64,000 nucleotides of DNA from the human T2T-CHM13v2.0 reference genome, Homo sapiens. This document shows positions 45,887 through 60,439 of the stretch, one piece after another. The stretch is from NCBI RefSeq assembly GCF_009914755.1, contig NC_060947.1; one strand, 5' to 3'. Both the position numbers and the translations under genes were made by a program. The notes beneath the pieces were generated by a model. The model was not told where the DNA came from, made no database searches, and saw nothing but the letters and a program-made list of their open reading frames with translations. How positions within the stretch are numbered: position 1 is the first letter of the stretch; every line of letters starts with the position of its first letter.

Positions 45887-46694
45887 CAGGGGCCTTCTTA
45901 AAGTGGAGGTTCAGTATAAGTACCATAGAAGAGGATGTGGTCTTGCAATCACATTTCACAAAACTAATTGGCCACATTCCAATTTGAATAAACAAATTAG
46001 AATAAACAATTCCACCTGGCTTAGATACCTATTTTAGTTGGGCAACTGGCTGTTCTCTTGGCATGTAGCAGTGAGCATTCAACAGCTGGTGCTCCCTCAC
46101 CCATGGGGCCTTTCTTTTCAGAAGATAATTATTTCAGAGACTGACAAAGAACTGAGATCTGAGCTGGGATCATTAAGTGCCAAGAATGTACCACAGTCTT
46201 AGCGTATCACTATTTTAAATAATGATGGGAGTTTATAAAATGAAAGTATTTTCTCTTCAAGATACACTGTATGCATTTTTCCCTAAAACTGAGGAACATA
46301 ATATTAAAAGACTTCCCCTTTAAATATTGAGAAAGTACTTACATTTATTGAGTCTGACCCTGTGCTCATGATGGAGAATTTTCTCTTGGTGAGATATCAA
46401 CAATTCATAGGATACAAAAGAAAGTGAAATGTGGTTTGGCCATATGCACCTGTTTTTTAACTTATGGAGTGTTTTTCATTTTCTCAGGCTCTCTGCCTGG
46501 AACACTCACCACACCCCAAAGCACACATGGCAAACTTGTACACATCTCATCTTATCGTTCTTCCTCCAGGAAATCTTTAACCACTATCACCCACCCACCC
46601 AGTAAAGGTTACGTACATAGCATTCAGTACTAGATCATCAAAGCATTTACCGTACCCTTTGGTAAGTGCCTCTTTACTTGTCTTTATCCCCAAC

Positions 46695-47540
46695 TGTGTC
46701 AGACAGACTTTAATGCGCCCCCCCCCCCCCCCCACGATCCCCATCTCCCGGTGTTGACACTCCTATATATTTTTTTCTTCTTGATCTTGGGATCTGTGAC
46801 TTGGTTCCTACTGATGGAATATGAAAAACATGATGGGATGTCACTCCAATGACTGGGTTGCATAATGTAAAACACTGTCTTAATACTAGACTCACTCTAG
46901 GGACTCTCCTTGCTGGTTTTGAAGAACCCAGATGCCATGACTCCTAAAGCTGCAAGAAAATGAATCCTGGGCCGGGCGCAGCGGCTCACGCCTGTAATCC
47001 CAGCACTTTAGGAGGCTGAGGCGGGCGGATCACGAGGTCAGGAGATCAAGACCATCCTGGCTAACACGGTGAAACCCCATCTCTACTAAAAAAAATAAAA
47101 ATAAAAATAAATACAAAAAATTAGCCAGGCGTGGTGGCGGGCGCCTGGAGTCCCAGCTACTCGGAAGGCTGAGGCAGGAGAATGGCGTGAACCCAGGAGG
47201 CAGAGCTTGCAGCATGCAGCAGTGAGCAAGATTGCGCCACTGCACTCCAGCCTGCGCGATGAAGCTCGACTCCGTCTCAAAAAAGAAAAAAAAAAAAGAA
47301 AAGAAAATGAATTCTGCCAATGGCCTGAGTGAGCTTGGATGTGGACTCTCAGTTGAGCCTACAGATGAGAATTCAGCTCTGGCTGACAGCTTGATTGCAG
47401 CCTTGTGAGACAATAAGGAAAAGACCAAGTTAAATTGTGCCTGCACTCCTGACCCACAGAAACTGTGAGATAGCAAATGAATCTTGTTTTAAGCCACTGA
47501 GTTTGTGGTAATTTGTTCTGCAGAATAGAAAACTAACACA
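46695..47540 (+). mobile_element. MaLR LTR (MLT1E-like) with nested AluY, inserted in L2
   Basis: tgtg...gaaactgtgagata...aaaactaacaca; TSD ccaac/ccaat; L2 on both sides (~46480-46694 and ~47545-47655). Confidence 0.85.
46970..47300 (+). mobile_element. AluY
   Basis: 16-bp TSD aagaaaatgaat(c/t)ctg; expanded A-rich linker. Confidence 0.96.
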
Positions 47541-47691
47541 CCAATTAATGAACAAAGTCATTAAGAATAGGGAAAATATCTGGGTTTTTTGAGGTCATGA
47601 CCTCCAAGGCCTAGCACAGTGACTGGTACCTTGTTGGTAAATATCTGTTGAATATATTATAAAAATTTGTTTAATATATAAATATATGTTA

Positions 47692-48035
<344 letters not shown>

Positions 48036-48039
48036 TGTA

Positions 48040-48106
48040 CATATATATATACATATATATATATATACATATATATATACATATATATATATACATATAT
48101 ATATAT

Positions 48107-48136
<30 letters not shown>
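48040..48136. repeat. (TA)n/(TATACA)n microsatellite
   Basis: Directly visible. Confidence 0.95.
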
Positions 48137-48137
<1 letters not shown>

Positions 48138-48854
48138 AAATAATTTTTGTGTGCCAAAATAAAGTCTGTTCTTCGCATTAGAGAGTAGGAGTCTCTTCTG
48201 GGTGGGTTTGCCTCTGTGCTTTGGCATTAGACACTTCTCATTACTTTAGGGCTCACTTGATTTTTCTTCTTGCCAGCTCAGCTTCTGGGGCTTCTGGACA
48301 TGTCATCCTATGATCTAGGACAATTTTAATTTCAATTTTTAACTTAATTTGCCCTTCTCCCTTCACTCCCTAGCACCTCAAATATCAAAGGAAGATATCT
48401 TAGAATAGGATATAGGATAGAGAACAGAATATTTCTCTTTGGGTGAAAAGAGATGGAGAAATAACTTCAGCAAAAGATGCTGATCAGCTACATTGGTGTG
48501 GTGAGGGTAAGTCTGTAATTGTTAAGTGACATCCTAAAAGTGCTGGATGCCTAAAAGTATTGGATGCCTTTATCTGGTACTATGCTTATTACCTGGGTAA
48601 CAAATGGGGATGTGGAAGTTTGGGATGAGGAGAGGAAAAATAAAGCATATTCTGAAGACCAATACTACTTCTCCATGACCCTTTCTATCTGCAGATTTGC
48701 TGGTCTTCTAGTGATTCCAATTTCCTGTGGACAGATCTCTACCATGAATTTTCACATCATACATATTATTTATATGTCATTTTCTTCTACTAAATTGGAA
48801 ACTCCAAGAGAGCAGGGTCTTGACTTTTTTTTTATAATTATGCAAACAAACATT

Positions 48855-49030
48855 CCTTGAGCATTGCCTTTTCCTCAGGCATAGTACTAGGTGCTTTACT
48901 TGTATCATTTCATCTTCTCTTTACAACACACCCATGAGGTAGGTCCTATTCTTGTTCTCATTTTACAGATGGGAATTTGAGGTTGAAAAAGCTAAGTTTC
49001 AAGTCACACTGTCAATAATTGGTAGAACCA
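48855..49030 (-). mobile_element. MIR
   Basis: acaacacacccatgaggtagg...cattttacagatgggaa. Confidence 0.8.
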
Positions 49031-49336
49031 GGATCTCTGTATCCCCAGCATGTAGTGCAATGACTAGCACTAGGTAGGTATCCAAAAGTGCCTCTGAAGT
49101 CACTGTGTAAAGCCCAGGCTGAGACCAACTAGGGGGAATGTCCTAACTTCAACATTTCGGAATCCACCAGTGTTTTCTAAAGCAAGCTTCTTTGTTTGGG
49201 GGATTACAATAGGAAGCCTAACTCTGGTTATGCAGCAGGAAGCGCCTTGCTTTGAGGTCTGGTGGCCTACTAATCCACTGATACCAAACATTTGGAAAAC
49301 ATGAGAGAGAATGGCCTTAGAACTTTCACCTGTAGG

Positions 49337-49797
49337 GCACTATTCACAAGCGCAAAGACATAGAATCAACCTAGATGTCCATCAACGGTGGATTGGATGA
49401 ATAAAATGTGCACGTATACACCATGGAATACTATGCTGCCATAGAAAAGAACAAAACTATGTCCTTTGCAGCAACATGAATGTAGCTGGAGGCCATTATC
49501 CTAAGTGAATTAATGCAGGAACAGAAAACCAAATGCTGCATGTTCTCACTTATAAGTGGGAGCTAAACATTGAGTACTCACAGACGTAAAGATGGGAACA
49601 GTAAACACCAGGGCCTACTTGAGGGTGGAGGGTGGGAGGAGGATAAGGATTCAAAAACTACATATCTGGTACTAGGCTTATTTCCTGGGTAACAAAATAA
49701 TGTGTACACCAAACCCCCATGACATGCAATTTACCCATGTAACAAACCTGCACATGTATCCCCTGAACCTAAAATAAAAGTTGGAAGGGAAAAAAAT
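49337..49797 (+). mobile_element. L1PA15/16-like 3' end
   Basis: gttctcacttataagtgggagctaaac...cccctgaacctaaaataaaagtt; degenerate 16-bp TSD aactttcacctgtagg/aatttccacctatagg. Confidence 0.92.
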
Positions 49798-50202
49798 AAT
49801 TTCCACCTATAGGAGTAATTTCTGTTCTCAGTATCCAGTTAAACATTTTCTTGTTAATGCTCATTTTTCTCGAGAAGATGATCTGCTCATCTAGTGCACT
49901 GTTCTCTGAGTGAGTGACCACACTGAGCTCTTCATGATTAGCTTGGTAATGTGAATGGAGACAAGAGTGGGGGAAAGATGGCTGGACAGCACACTTTGCA
50001 ATTAGGCCTCTTAAGCTGGAAAACCGGTTATCAGCCATCATAATCTTTCACAATTGCCTCTGCCCTTTAAGATATGAGGATGACATTATTTTTTACGTTA
50101 CTGGGTGTTGTGGAATGATTTCACCCTCTGGAAATGTCTATTGAGCTGCTGCTTGAAATCATTTTATGACAAATTTTTAAATGGAGTGCTTAAAAATATT
50201 AA

Positions 50203-50312
50203 ATTCCTTTTTCCTTTTCTTCTTTCCTCCTTTTCCTCCTTATTTCCTCCCTTCTTCCTTTTTTCCCATTCCTTTCCTTCTTGATTCCCTCCCTCTTCCT
50301 TTCTTTCCTTCT
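50203..50312. repeat. CT-rich polypyrimidine tract
   Basis: Directly visible, at the L2 tail position. Confidence 0.85.
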
Positions 50313-52025
50313 CCAGATACTTACTGAGCACCTACTAGGTGCTGGGGTTAAAGAGTTACACAAGGCTTGCAATATGCCGTATCTCATGGAGCTTATAAAG
50401 TATGTAGGGGGAATTTACAGAATTAATTAGGAAAATAAAGTAATAAACAAAAATATCCAATTTTAAATAATGTAATAAAGAGAAAGTAGGGTGACACGAT
50501 AGAGATTAGTGAGTGAATTCCATGGGTTGAGTGAACAGAAAAGGTCTTTTCATGAGATTTTAAGCTAGGACAAGAAAGACTCAGCAGTGCTGATGTGGTG
50601 GAGAACTGCAGGCAGAGAAAATAGTTAATGCAAAGCTTCCAAGGTGGGAATAAGCTTTGTGGGTTTAAGGGACAGCAGTGAGGTCACCATAACTATGATG
50701 GAGCAGGAGGTTATAGATATGGGCAAGAAGCAGATCATGTAGGGCCTTGTAAGCCATGGTAAAGAGTTGGTACGTTACTCTAAATACCAAAGAGAGGAAT
50801 GAAATGGTTTTAAGTAGATGAATGATAATGGTCTCATTATTACAAAGAAGTATTACTGGGTGATAAACATATATGTTTATATTAAGCTTTTTTCTGCTTG
50901 CAGTTCTGAAATATTTCAAAGTTTTAAAGACAATTGTTATTACTGCATCCAAAATTAATTGTTAGAGGACAAGAATGGAGGTAGAGGAATGAGACAGGAG
51001 GCCATTGTATATCAGGTGAGAGATAAAGGTGGTTAGAACTAGTGTGACAGCACGTGAGAAAGATAGAAGCAGACAGGCTCAGGTTGTGTTTTGAAGGTTG
51101 AGTTGATGAAACTTGCCGATGTTTGAATAGAGAGCATGAGAGAAAAATAGGAATCAAAGATAAACTTTGTTTAAGAAATTGGTTGAAAAAAATGGTGTCA
51201 TTTCCCGAAATGGGAAAAATTTGGGAGGTGGGGCAGGTTTTTGTAGTGGTAGGGTGACGAAAAGTGCTCTTTTGGCCATCTTAAACATGAGATGCCTATC
51301 AGATCTTCAAGTGAAGATGTAAGAGTCAGAAAAATAGGCTGGAAATGAAGCTCTGCAGTCATCAGCTTATCAATAGTCTTTAAGACCATGGGTGGGATGG
51401 GATCACCTAGTTAGAGGACAGATAGAGAAGGGAAAGGAGCCCAAGAGCGAGGCACAGAATGCTCCAATATGGAAGTCAAAGAGAAGAGGAAAAACTAGCA
51501 AAGGAGACTGGCCAGTGAGATAGAGAGATGATATACTTTGGATATTTGTCCCCTCCAAAGCTCATGTTGAAATTTGATCCCCGATGTTGGAGGTGGGGTC
51601 TGGTGAGAGATGACTGGATCATGGGGGCAGATCCCTCACGAAGGGCTTGGTGTCATTCGTATGAGGAAGTGAGTTCTCATTCTTAGTTCCCACAAGATTT
51701 TGTTTTTGAAAAGAGCCTGGTACCTCCTCCTCTCTCTTGCTCCCTCTCTTTCCATGTGATGCCAACCCCCTTTTTCCTTCCCCTTCTGCCATGATTGGAG
51801 GCTCAATGAAGCCCTCACCAGAAGCAGATGCTCGTGCATGCATTTTGTAAGGCCTGCAGAACCAACAGCCAAACAAACCTCCTTTCTTTATAAGGTAACC
51901 AGCTTCAAGTATTCCTCTATAGCTGCACGGAACAGACTAATACAAGGGACAATTGGGAGAGTGTAATCCTGAGAAAACCAAGAGAGAAAAAGATTTCAAG
52001 TAGGAGGGCATAGTCAACTTTATCT
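50313..52025 (-). mobile_element. Long L2 fragment with nested MST LTR
   Basis: atacttactgagcacctacta...cagatcatgtagggccttgtaagccatggtaaagag...gagatgcctatcagatcttcaagtgaagatgt. Confidence 0.85.
51529..51944 (+). mobile_element. MaLR solo LTR (MSTB-like)
   Basis: tgatatactttggatatttgtcccctccaaa...cagactaataca. Confidence 0.9.
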
Positions 52026-52029
52026 AAAG

Positions 52030-52570
52030 CACCCGTTTTTAAACATTTTTGTATTGTAGCATCTTTCATAGGCTGTGGAATCCTATGGACCACTTCTCAA
52101 AAAATGTTTTTAAATGAATAAAATAAAATACATAGGATTACACAGGAAACTAATTACATTGCAGTTACAAATGTCAAAATATTAACACACAAATTTGATG
52201 CTAGTATTTGTGCTTTTTATTAATATATAATATATATTAAATATATTTTATTAATATATAAAATATATAAAAAATAGTCCAGACCTAGCAGCAGATCTGA
52301 ACTATTGAACTCTCTAAGTAGTGATGAGCAGAAATGACATTTTGAGATATGAGATATCTGCAACATCTTCAATATAATATATATGATGTACTATGAAAAA
52401 GTAATATGTATAATATAATATGAAAATACGTATGATTTGTGACAGAGCCACTGTGATTTGTTGACTATGTTTAAAACTCAAGGAAATGCTAACTTGCAGT
52501 TAGTGATTAGTGAAAACAGAGATATATTTTTCCTATGCAAGTTCAGATTCTCTGATTTCAAAACCACTGG
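52030..52570. mobile_element. MER119-like hAT-Charlie element
   Basis: cctatggaccacttctca...aaaatacataggattaca...gtagtgatgagc...gagatatctgcaaca. Confidence 0.8.
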
Positions 52571-53004
52571 TTTAATGTTAAGAGGTAAATCTTTAGAAAT
52601 GGGACTCAGTGATATGGATTCTCCTAAATGGTGACTTATTTTGCTGTACTTGCTTAAGCTTGAGCAATAACCTTAGGCTCGTCAATGTTCTACCTCTTAC
52701 TGTTAGACAATGACATTAAAAGGGCATAGGAGCAATGACAGAGGGAGTGGGTGGAGTGGGGAGGGGAATGCTGAATATTCTTTTCTGTAGTTACTTATGT
52801 TCAAGAACATTAATATTCATAAAGATGTCTAATATTAAAACAGATTTGGAAATGAATTCATTAGGGCAGAAAACATTTAAATCTGTCTCTACTCCCGTTG
52901 TTTGATATTCAGAATACTTTATAGGGAAGGATAGACACTCCCATAAAGGTTCTCCCTTTGTTCTTTTTTTCTGTCTATTGCCTCCTTGAAAGTTCTAGAA
53001 TATT

Positions 53005-53347
<343 letters not shown>

Positions 53348-53468
53348 TTATACACTGATATACAAAATATACATAACTTGGACTCTTTAAAACACAATGC
53401 CCAATTTATGAATATGCTGTTAATTTTCAAATTTCAAAGGCAGATTGATGCTCAAAAATATTTGTTTG

Positions 53469-53826
<358 letters not shown>

Positions 53827-54133
53827 TCACTAGAGTTCTAAAAGTCTAAATATTTATACCTGTATTCAACACATCAATTCCATGATGAACAAACTTTCAT
53901 AGTCGTTTTGCTTGCATGTGTGCGAGGGTTATATTGGGGTTGCATTATAGTGCAGGGGTTGGCAAAACTGGCAGGTGGCCTGTTTTTCTTTTTAAAAAAT
54001 ATTTATAAATGAAAAATAAATAAATAAATGAAATACATGAAAAAGAAAACTTGTAAGCACAGTACAAGGAACTCCCATATACTCTTTTCCCAGATTCACC
54101 AGTTGTTTATATTGTGCTTCTCTCTCTCTCTTT

Positions 54134-54135
<2 letters not shown>

Positions 54136-54186
<51 letters not shown>
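54136..54186. repeat. (CA)n microsatellite
   Basis: Directly visible. Confidence 0.95.
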
Positions 54187-54189
<3 letters not shown>

Positions 54190-54528
54190 AGTTGGGCCTT
54201 CATATCCATGGGCTCACCATCTCTGGATTCAACCAGCTGTGGATAAAAAATATTCGAAAAAAAGAAAGGATGGTTGCATCTGTACTGAACACGTACAGAG
54301 TTTTTCCTTCTCATTCTTCCCCAAACAATACAGTATAACAACTTTTTCCATAGCATTTATGTTATATTAGGTATTATAAGTAATAGAGATTATTTAAAGT
54401 ATATGGGAGGATGTGCATAGGTTATATACAAATATGCCATTTTATATAAGCGACTTGAGCATCTGCAGATTTTGGTTTATGTGGGAGGTCCCTGGAACCC
54501 ATCCTCTGTGGGTACCGAGGGACGACTG
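54187..54528. mobile_element. MER2 (Tigger family) MITE
   Basis: ggattcaacc...ggttgcatctgtactgaaca...gggtaccgagggacgactg|ta. Confidence 0.88.
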
Positions 54529-55089
54529 TATACACAAACACATATACGCTCAGCCACCCCCACAGATTATATATAATCTCTCAATCCATCTCATATTAGT
54601 TCATACTTATACTCTCAATTCCAACTCAGCTCCACAGGGTGTATTTTTGTATCCTCTGTTTCTATACGTGTAAGTCCCCCAATAGTGAGACATTTAGCTT
54701 CTATCATCCTCAACATATTTACTCATTTGCTGAAGCTGAAAATATACAGAAGATAGTTTCAAAATTTCTCATCCATGCCACTGTACAAACCTTGTGTGGC
54801 CTGTTTTTGTACAGCCAGCAAGCCAAGAACACTTTTTACACTTGTATAGGGTTGTCAAAGCAAAACAAATGAAAAAACAAAGAAGAATATCCAGCTGACA
54901 CCTTATGTGGCCTGCAAAACCTGAACTATTCCCTCTCTTGTCCTTTACAGAAAAAAGTTTGCTGATCCCTGCGCAGTGGCTCCTGGGGGTGTGTGCATGT
55001 GCACACACATTTACACGACTATGCTTAAGGAAGCCTTCTCAGCTCCCTTCTTTAAATGATAGATTTTGTCCCCTTGACTACTGTGTTCG

Positions 55090-55510
55090 ACAAGTGATCA
55101 GACCAGGCCAGTCCTAGGATGCAAGCCCCCTAACAACTATGGTTGGTCCAAGAGGCGAGCATGTGAAACAATCAGAGGCCTAGTGCCCTTCCCATAGAAT
55201 TGATATGTAAATATTGGGAAAAAGTTCCTTCTCTTTTCACTGAAGTTGCTAAACTGACATGAGGTAAGCCTGGACATGTTGTTGAACATCATAGAAGAGA
55301 TCTGCAGAAGGAGAGATTAGGGCCAACACACAGAAGAAAGAGGGCCTGATCGATGGAGGGTAAGAAGGCACAGACCATGGTATCTGAGACCTGATGTTTG
55401 AGGCCAGATCCATTCTTCTCTCTGTGTTATCTGAGTCAGGAATTTCCCTTTGTTGTTTAAACTTATTTGGGTTGTAATTCTATCAGTTGTAAGCAAAATA
55501 CCTTTTTGTA
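55090..55510 (+). mobile_element. Old MLT1 LTR fragment
   Basis: ggttggtccaaga...atttgggttgtaattctatcagttgtaagcaaaa. Confidence 0.55.
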
Positions 55511-55589
55511 ATTCAAATTCATCACAGTGCTTCCAAAAGTTCAATAAAAAAACTCAACTTTTTCTTTCTTGCTTAATTGGAAAGCTACA

Positions 55590-55800
55590 ATAATAACATA
55601 TATTACTACCAAATATTGAACACTCAACATTCTAAGCACGGGGCTGGTCGTTTTATAATAGCATTATGAAATATGTATTATTGTGCCACATTATAGAGGA
55701 GGGAGCTCAGAGAGTTTAAGTAATTTGATTAAGATTGCTCAGCTAAGTAGGTGGCAGAGCTGAGAAAACATTCACATTCTTTGTGACTCCAAATTTCACA
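55590..55800 (-). mobile_element. MIR
   Basis: gctcagagagtttaagtaatttg...cagctaagtaggtggcagagctg. Confidence 0.75.
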
Positions 55801-56104
55801 TAAATTTTATTGTGATCATAGAATTTAAGTAAAAGACGAAATAGGACCTTATCATGCTCTTCCCTTTTAACACAGCATAACAATAAGTCAGTACCTATTT
55901 CCACATTGGCAGTTTTGGATTTAAATGGAGTGGCATTGTTTTCTCGTTGCATATAAATACAAAAACTTAAAACACATGTCAACAACTTGGCTGTTAATGC
56001 TTTAGGGACTCAGAACATCATAATGATGTATACAGTGGACCGTGCCCCACTATTTGGCTGAGAAATACATACATTTGAAAATGTAGGGATGGTTTCTAAC
56101 CAAC

Positions 56105-56990
<886 letters not shown>

Positions 56991-57483
56991 AGGGGAGATG
57001 GTAGGCCATGAAAGTGGCTGAGGTGGAGCAAGCGTCTGTGGACCCAGATGGTGATGGTACAGAGAGATTCGGAGTAAGCAGAAAAAATGTGATGTCATGT
57101 AGCCATCGCGTAACCACTGTTAATTATACATTTTCAAGTTCTAATATATGATGTGAAATGATAAACTCCTTAAGGTAATAAGTATTAGTTCACTTTGCAT
57201 ATGCAATAAGATAGTCAACTCAAATTTGGTCTTCATCAGATATTAAAGAATTTTTCTTCAGGTCCAACAGAAATGATTTACGTAAGTCTGAAAATTTACT
57301 AAAGCTTAATTTAGGTTGATGCACTAGACTGGTATGTTTCCCTTTTAATGTAGTATACTATTATGAATTAGATCTTTCATCATGGAAACAGCAGCTTCCA
57401 ATTCTTGAAGACAGTCAGTGGTGAATGGTTATTTAAGTAGTAGCTCATCTGTCAATATAAACTGGATTCAGGGTATACAGGTT

Positions 57484-57484
<1 letters not shown>

Positions 57485-57517
<33 letters not shown>
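57485..57517. repeat. (CA)n microsatellite
   Basis: Directly visible. Confidence 0.95.
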
Positions 57518-57519
<2 letters not shown>

Positions 57520-57531
57520 CAATACACCATA

Positions 57532-57828
57532 CAGTCATACCTTGGTATCCATGAGGGATTTGTTCCAGTACCTCATTTGGATACCTAAATTCATGGATGC
57601 CAAGTCCCTTATACAAAATGGTGTAGTATTTGCATATAACTTACACATATCCTCCTTTATACTTCGAATCATCTCTAGGTAACTTATAATACCTAACACA
57701 ATGCCTACATGTTTGTGTGAATTCAACATAGTACTTGGTGCACGGCAAATTCAAAATTTTGCTTTTGGAACCTTGTGGAAATTTTTGATTTATGGTTGGT
57801 TGAATCCACAGATGTGGACACCATGGAG
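57532..57828. mobile_element. MER2B-like Tigger MITE
   Basis: ta|cagtcataccttggtatccatg...ggttggttgaatccacagatgtgga. Confidence 0.85.
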
Positions 57829-57849
57829 ATACATACACACATACACACA

Positions 57850-57852
<3 letters not shown>

Positions 57853-57892
<40 letters not shown>
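57853..57892. repeat. (TA)n microsatellite
   Basis: Directly visible. Confidence 0.95.
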
Positions 57893-57894
<2 letters not shown>

Positions 57895-60439
57895 TTATGG
57901 ACATAGATATGGATATTTATGTGTATATATAGATATACATATGTGCATGTATTATATATATATGTTTTGTTTTTTTTTTCCATCTCTCCATTGGTAATAT
58001 GGTTGAAAGTAGAACTTTCTCTTTTCCACCTCTGGCTTCTCATGAGGTCACCTATAAGGCTTGACACAGTCACATTGGCTTGACACTTTGTGTCTAGAAA
58101 GTTGAAAAAGTCACTGACTGTTTCAAATAATGAAAGTATATTCTCCCTCACAGTCTCAGAGGTGAAATCTGAAAAGTGAAACATTTACAGAGGCACAAGT
58201 TGATCTTTCACATGAAGGAGTCTAAAGTTGATAATGCAGTAGGGAATGCAGTCCTATTGTTTTTATTTTCCCCTTCCTGAGCATACATCCAGCTCAGCTG
58301 TCATGGGCACCTCTGATGCTCCCTGAGCAGGGATTTTAAATGACTCCACAGCAGACTGGTCTCTGACTGAATCATGTGCAACAAATCTTGGGAATTTTAG
58401 TTCATAGCAAGTAAATAGCACTGCTTTAGGGTAAAGACAAATTTTCATATTTGCTTGTTAGAATATTTTCATTTCTCTTATAAATCAAGTTGAACCAAAA
58501 TGGTTTAGGATTATTTTCTGAGGAAATATGTTTTTGTGGACTTTTGGTCTATGGTCTTAATGATTCCTGCAGAGTCTGACATCTATACCAATATTTTGTC
58601 CACCAAAAAAGCAGCCAGCCTTGATGACTGAAAATTCACAGCCATGCGTGCTTGTCCTTAAGCAAAGACTGCTGGGGTGGGGAGAGATGAACAGAAGGTA
58701 ATGAGATGTGTGTCCTTATCTGAAAATCACTCTATGTTCCCCTTCAAAAACCTCTTTTAAAAGTTTTTTTTTTTAAAGGTTGAGCTCTAATATAATGCTA
58801 ACATTCATCACAAAACAGTATAATTGCCTCCTCCTACTGTAAACTCTAGCTTAGTGAAGCCAAATGCTGGGAATTGCTTTGCTTAGACTTATAAGATATA
58901 GAGGCCAATGGTCAGAAAACCAATTGACATCAGGGATTTAGCTAGTAAAACAACTTCCAGGGAATGGTCCTGGGTCAGATCCATTAAGGCTGATTGTTCA
59001 CATGTTTTATGCCTTTCCATCTCCATCTGAAGTATAGTCACCTTTACAATGAGGACTTTAGGGGACTACACAGCCTTCAGTTGATAAAAAGTAACTCACA
59101 TTTATGAAGGTTAAAAAGGGGGAAACGAGTTTTAAAACTTTTTACTGCAAATGGTGAAATAAAGTGGGTTTTCAGGTAAATCCTTAATTATTTTCTGGAA
59201 ACACCCCATTCCCAGAGAATTTTAATTAGAGCCTTGACGTTAGTATTAATAATCATAGGCTTTATTTATGATATTCTACTTGTTAAAACTTTCCACTATA
59301 ACAAACCAGGTCAACCTTCTGGTTGGCAGACTATTACCAATATTCTCTTGTAACAGAGTGTTGATGTCCAGCCTCCTAGAACCTCTGTTTGAAACACATT
59401 ATCCTGCTTTTAAGCCTCAAATTATGGCCAACCCAGCCATTAGTGAAGGAAGGATGATGTTATTACTTACTTTCTAAAGGAAATAATATGTGGGAAATGG
59501 GAGAAGGTAAAAGACATTGCTGATTTATTTTTGGAGCACAAACTAAAGGAAGAATGGATTATCAGAGACTTCTTGCCTCTGCTGTGACAGTTTTGCCCCA
59601 CCATTTGATATTAACATTCATGAAGAGCTATCTATAATTCTCTGGAGCCCAGGAGCAATATCCCTTCCCATCCAGGTAATCCATCACTCTGAAGGGTGGA
59701 CAGACAATAGGAATGTATGTTTCCTTTATCGCTCCCTGCCAGTAGAGGAAATGACAGTCATACTGAAACTCTTTAATATCTTGCTTGATGTGTAGGAGTG
59801 GGTGGATTATTTACCCAGGTTCCTATTCTTCCCAGGGCATGGTCAGCATTCATCCTCTCTGAGATGTAGAGCACAAGAATAGGAGCATCCTTAGGTTGGA
59901 GCAAAAATGAATCTGTCTAAATCTGTGGTTACCAAGTAACATATGTATACAAGGTGGAAGGGTGATTGGATGGGGGTTTGCTTGTATATTACAGTCTCTG
60001 ATATGGAGAATGCTGTATATTTTGCAAAATCATCACTACCACCACTGAAGTTGCAAAATACTAGTCAAGTCTGAGCAAGTATTGTTACTAGGAAAAATGG
60101 TTTTCTCCACTGAAGTCCTAGCAGTAACAAAAGATGAGACATTCGGGATTATCCCCTCTCCACAAAAAGCTGCTATGCTATATTGAAGACTGGAGAGATT
60201 ATGCTTTCACTCAACTACATGCACAGAGCTAAGCATTTGATACATTGTAGGAGTTTGAAAGTTATACTCTGAATGATTAAATAAAGTTAGAAAGGTAATT
60301 ATGGGGCCTCTGAATTGTCGTTCTTGTTACATGATTAAACTTGTCATGGTCTATTTCTGCCATTTCTTTTTATTGCCTCTTTTCTTTTTTCCCACTCATT
60401 TTTTTTTTTTGTATTCACTGACTATAGTGTAATCACACT

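Larger units (their letters stand above)
53953..54971. mobile_element. MER58-type MITE split by an old L1M 3' insertion (~53988-54795, minus strand)
   Basis: TIRs caggggttggcaaa...tttgctgatccctg; gtggcctgttttt duplicated around the insert. Confidence 0.8.
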
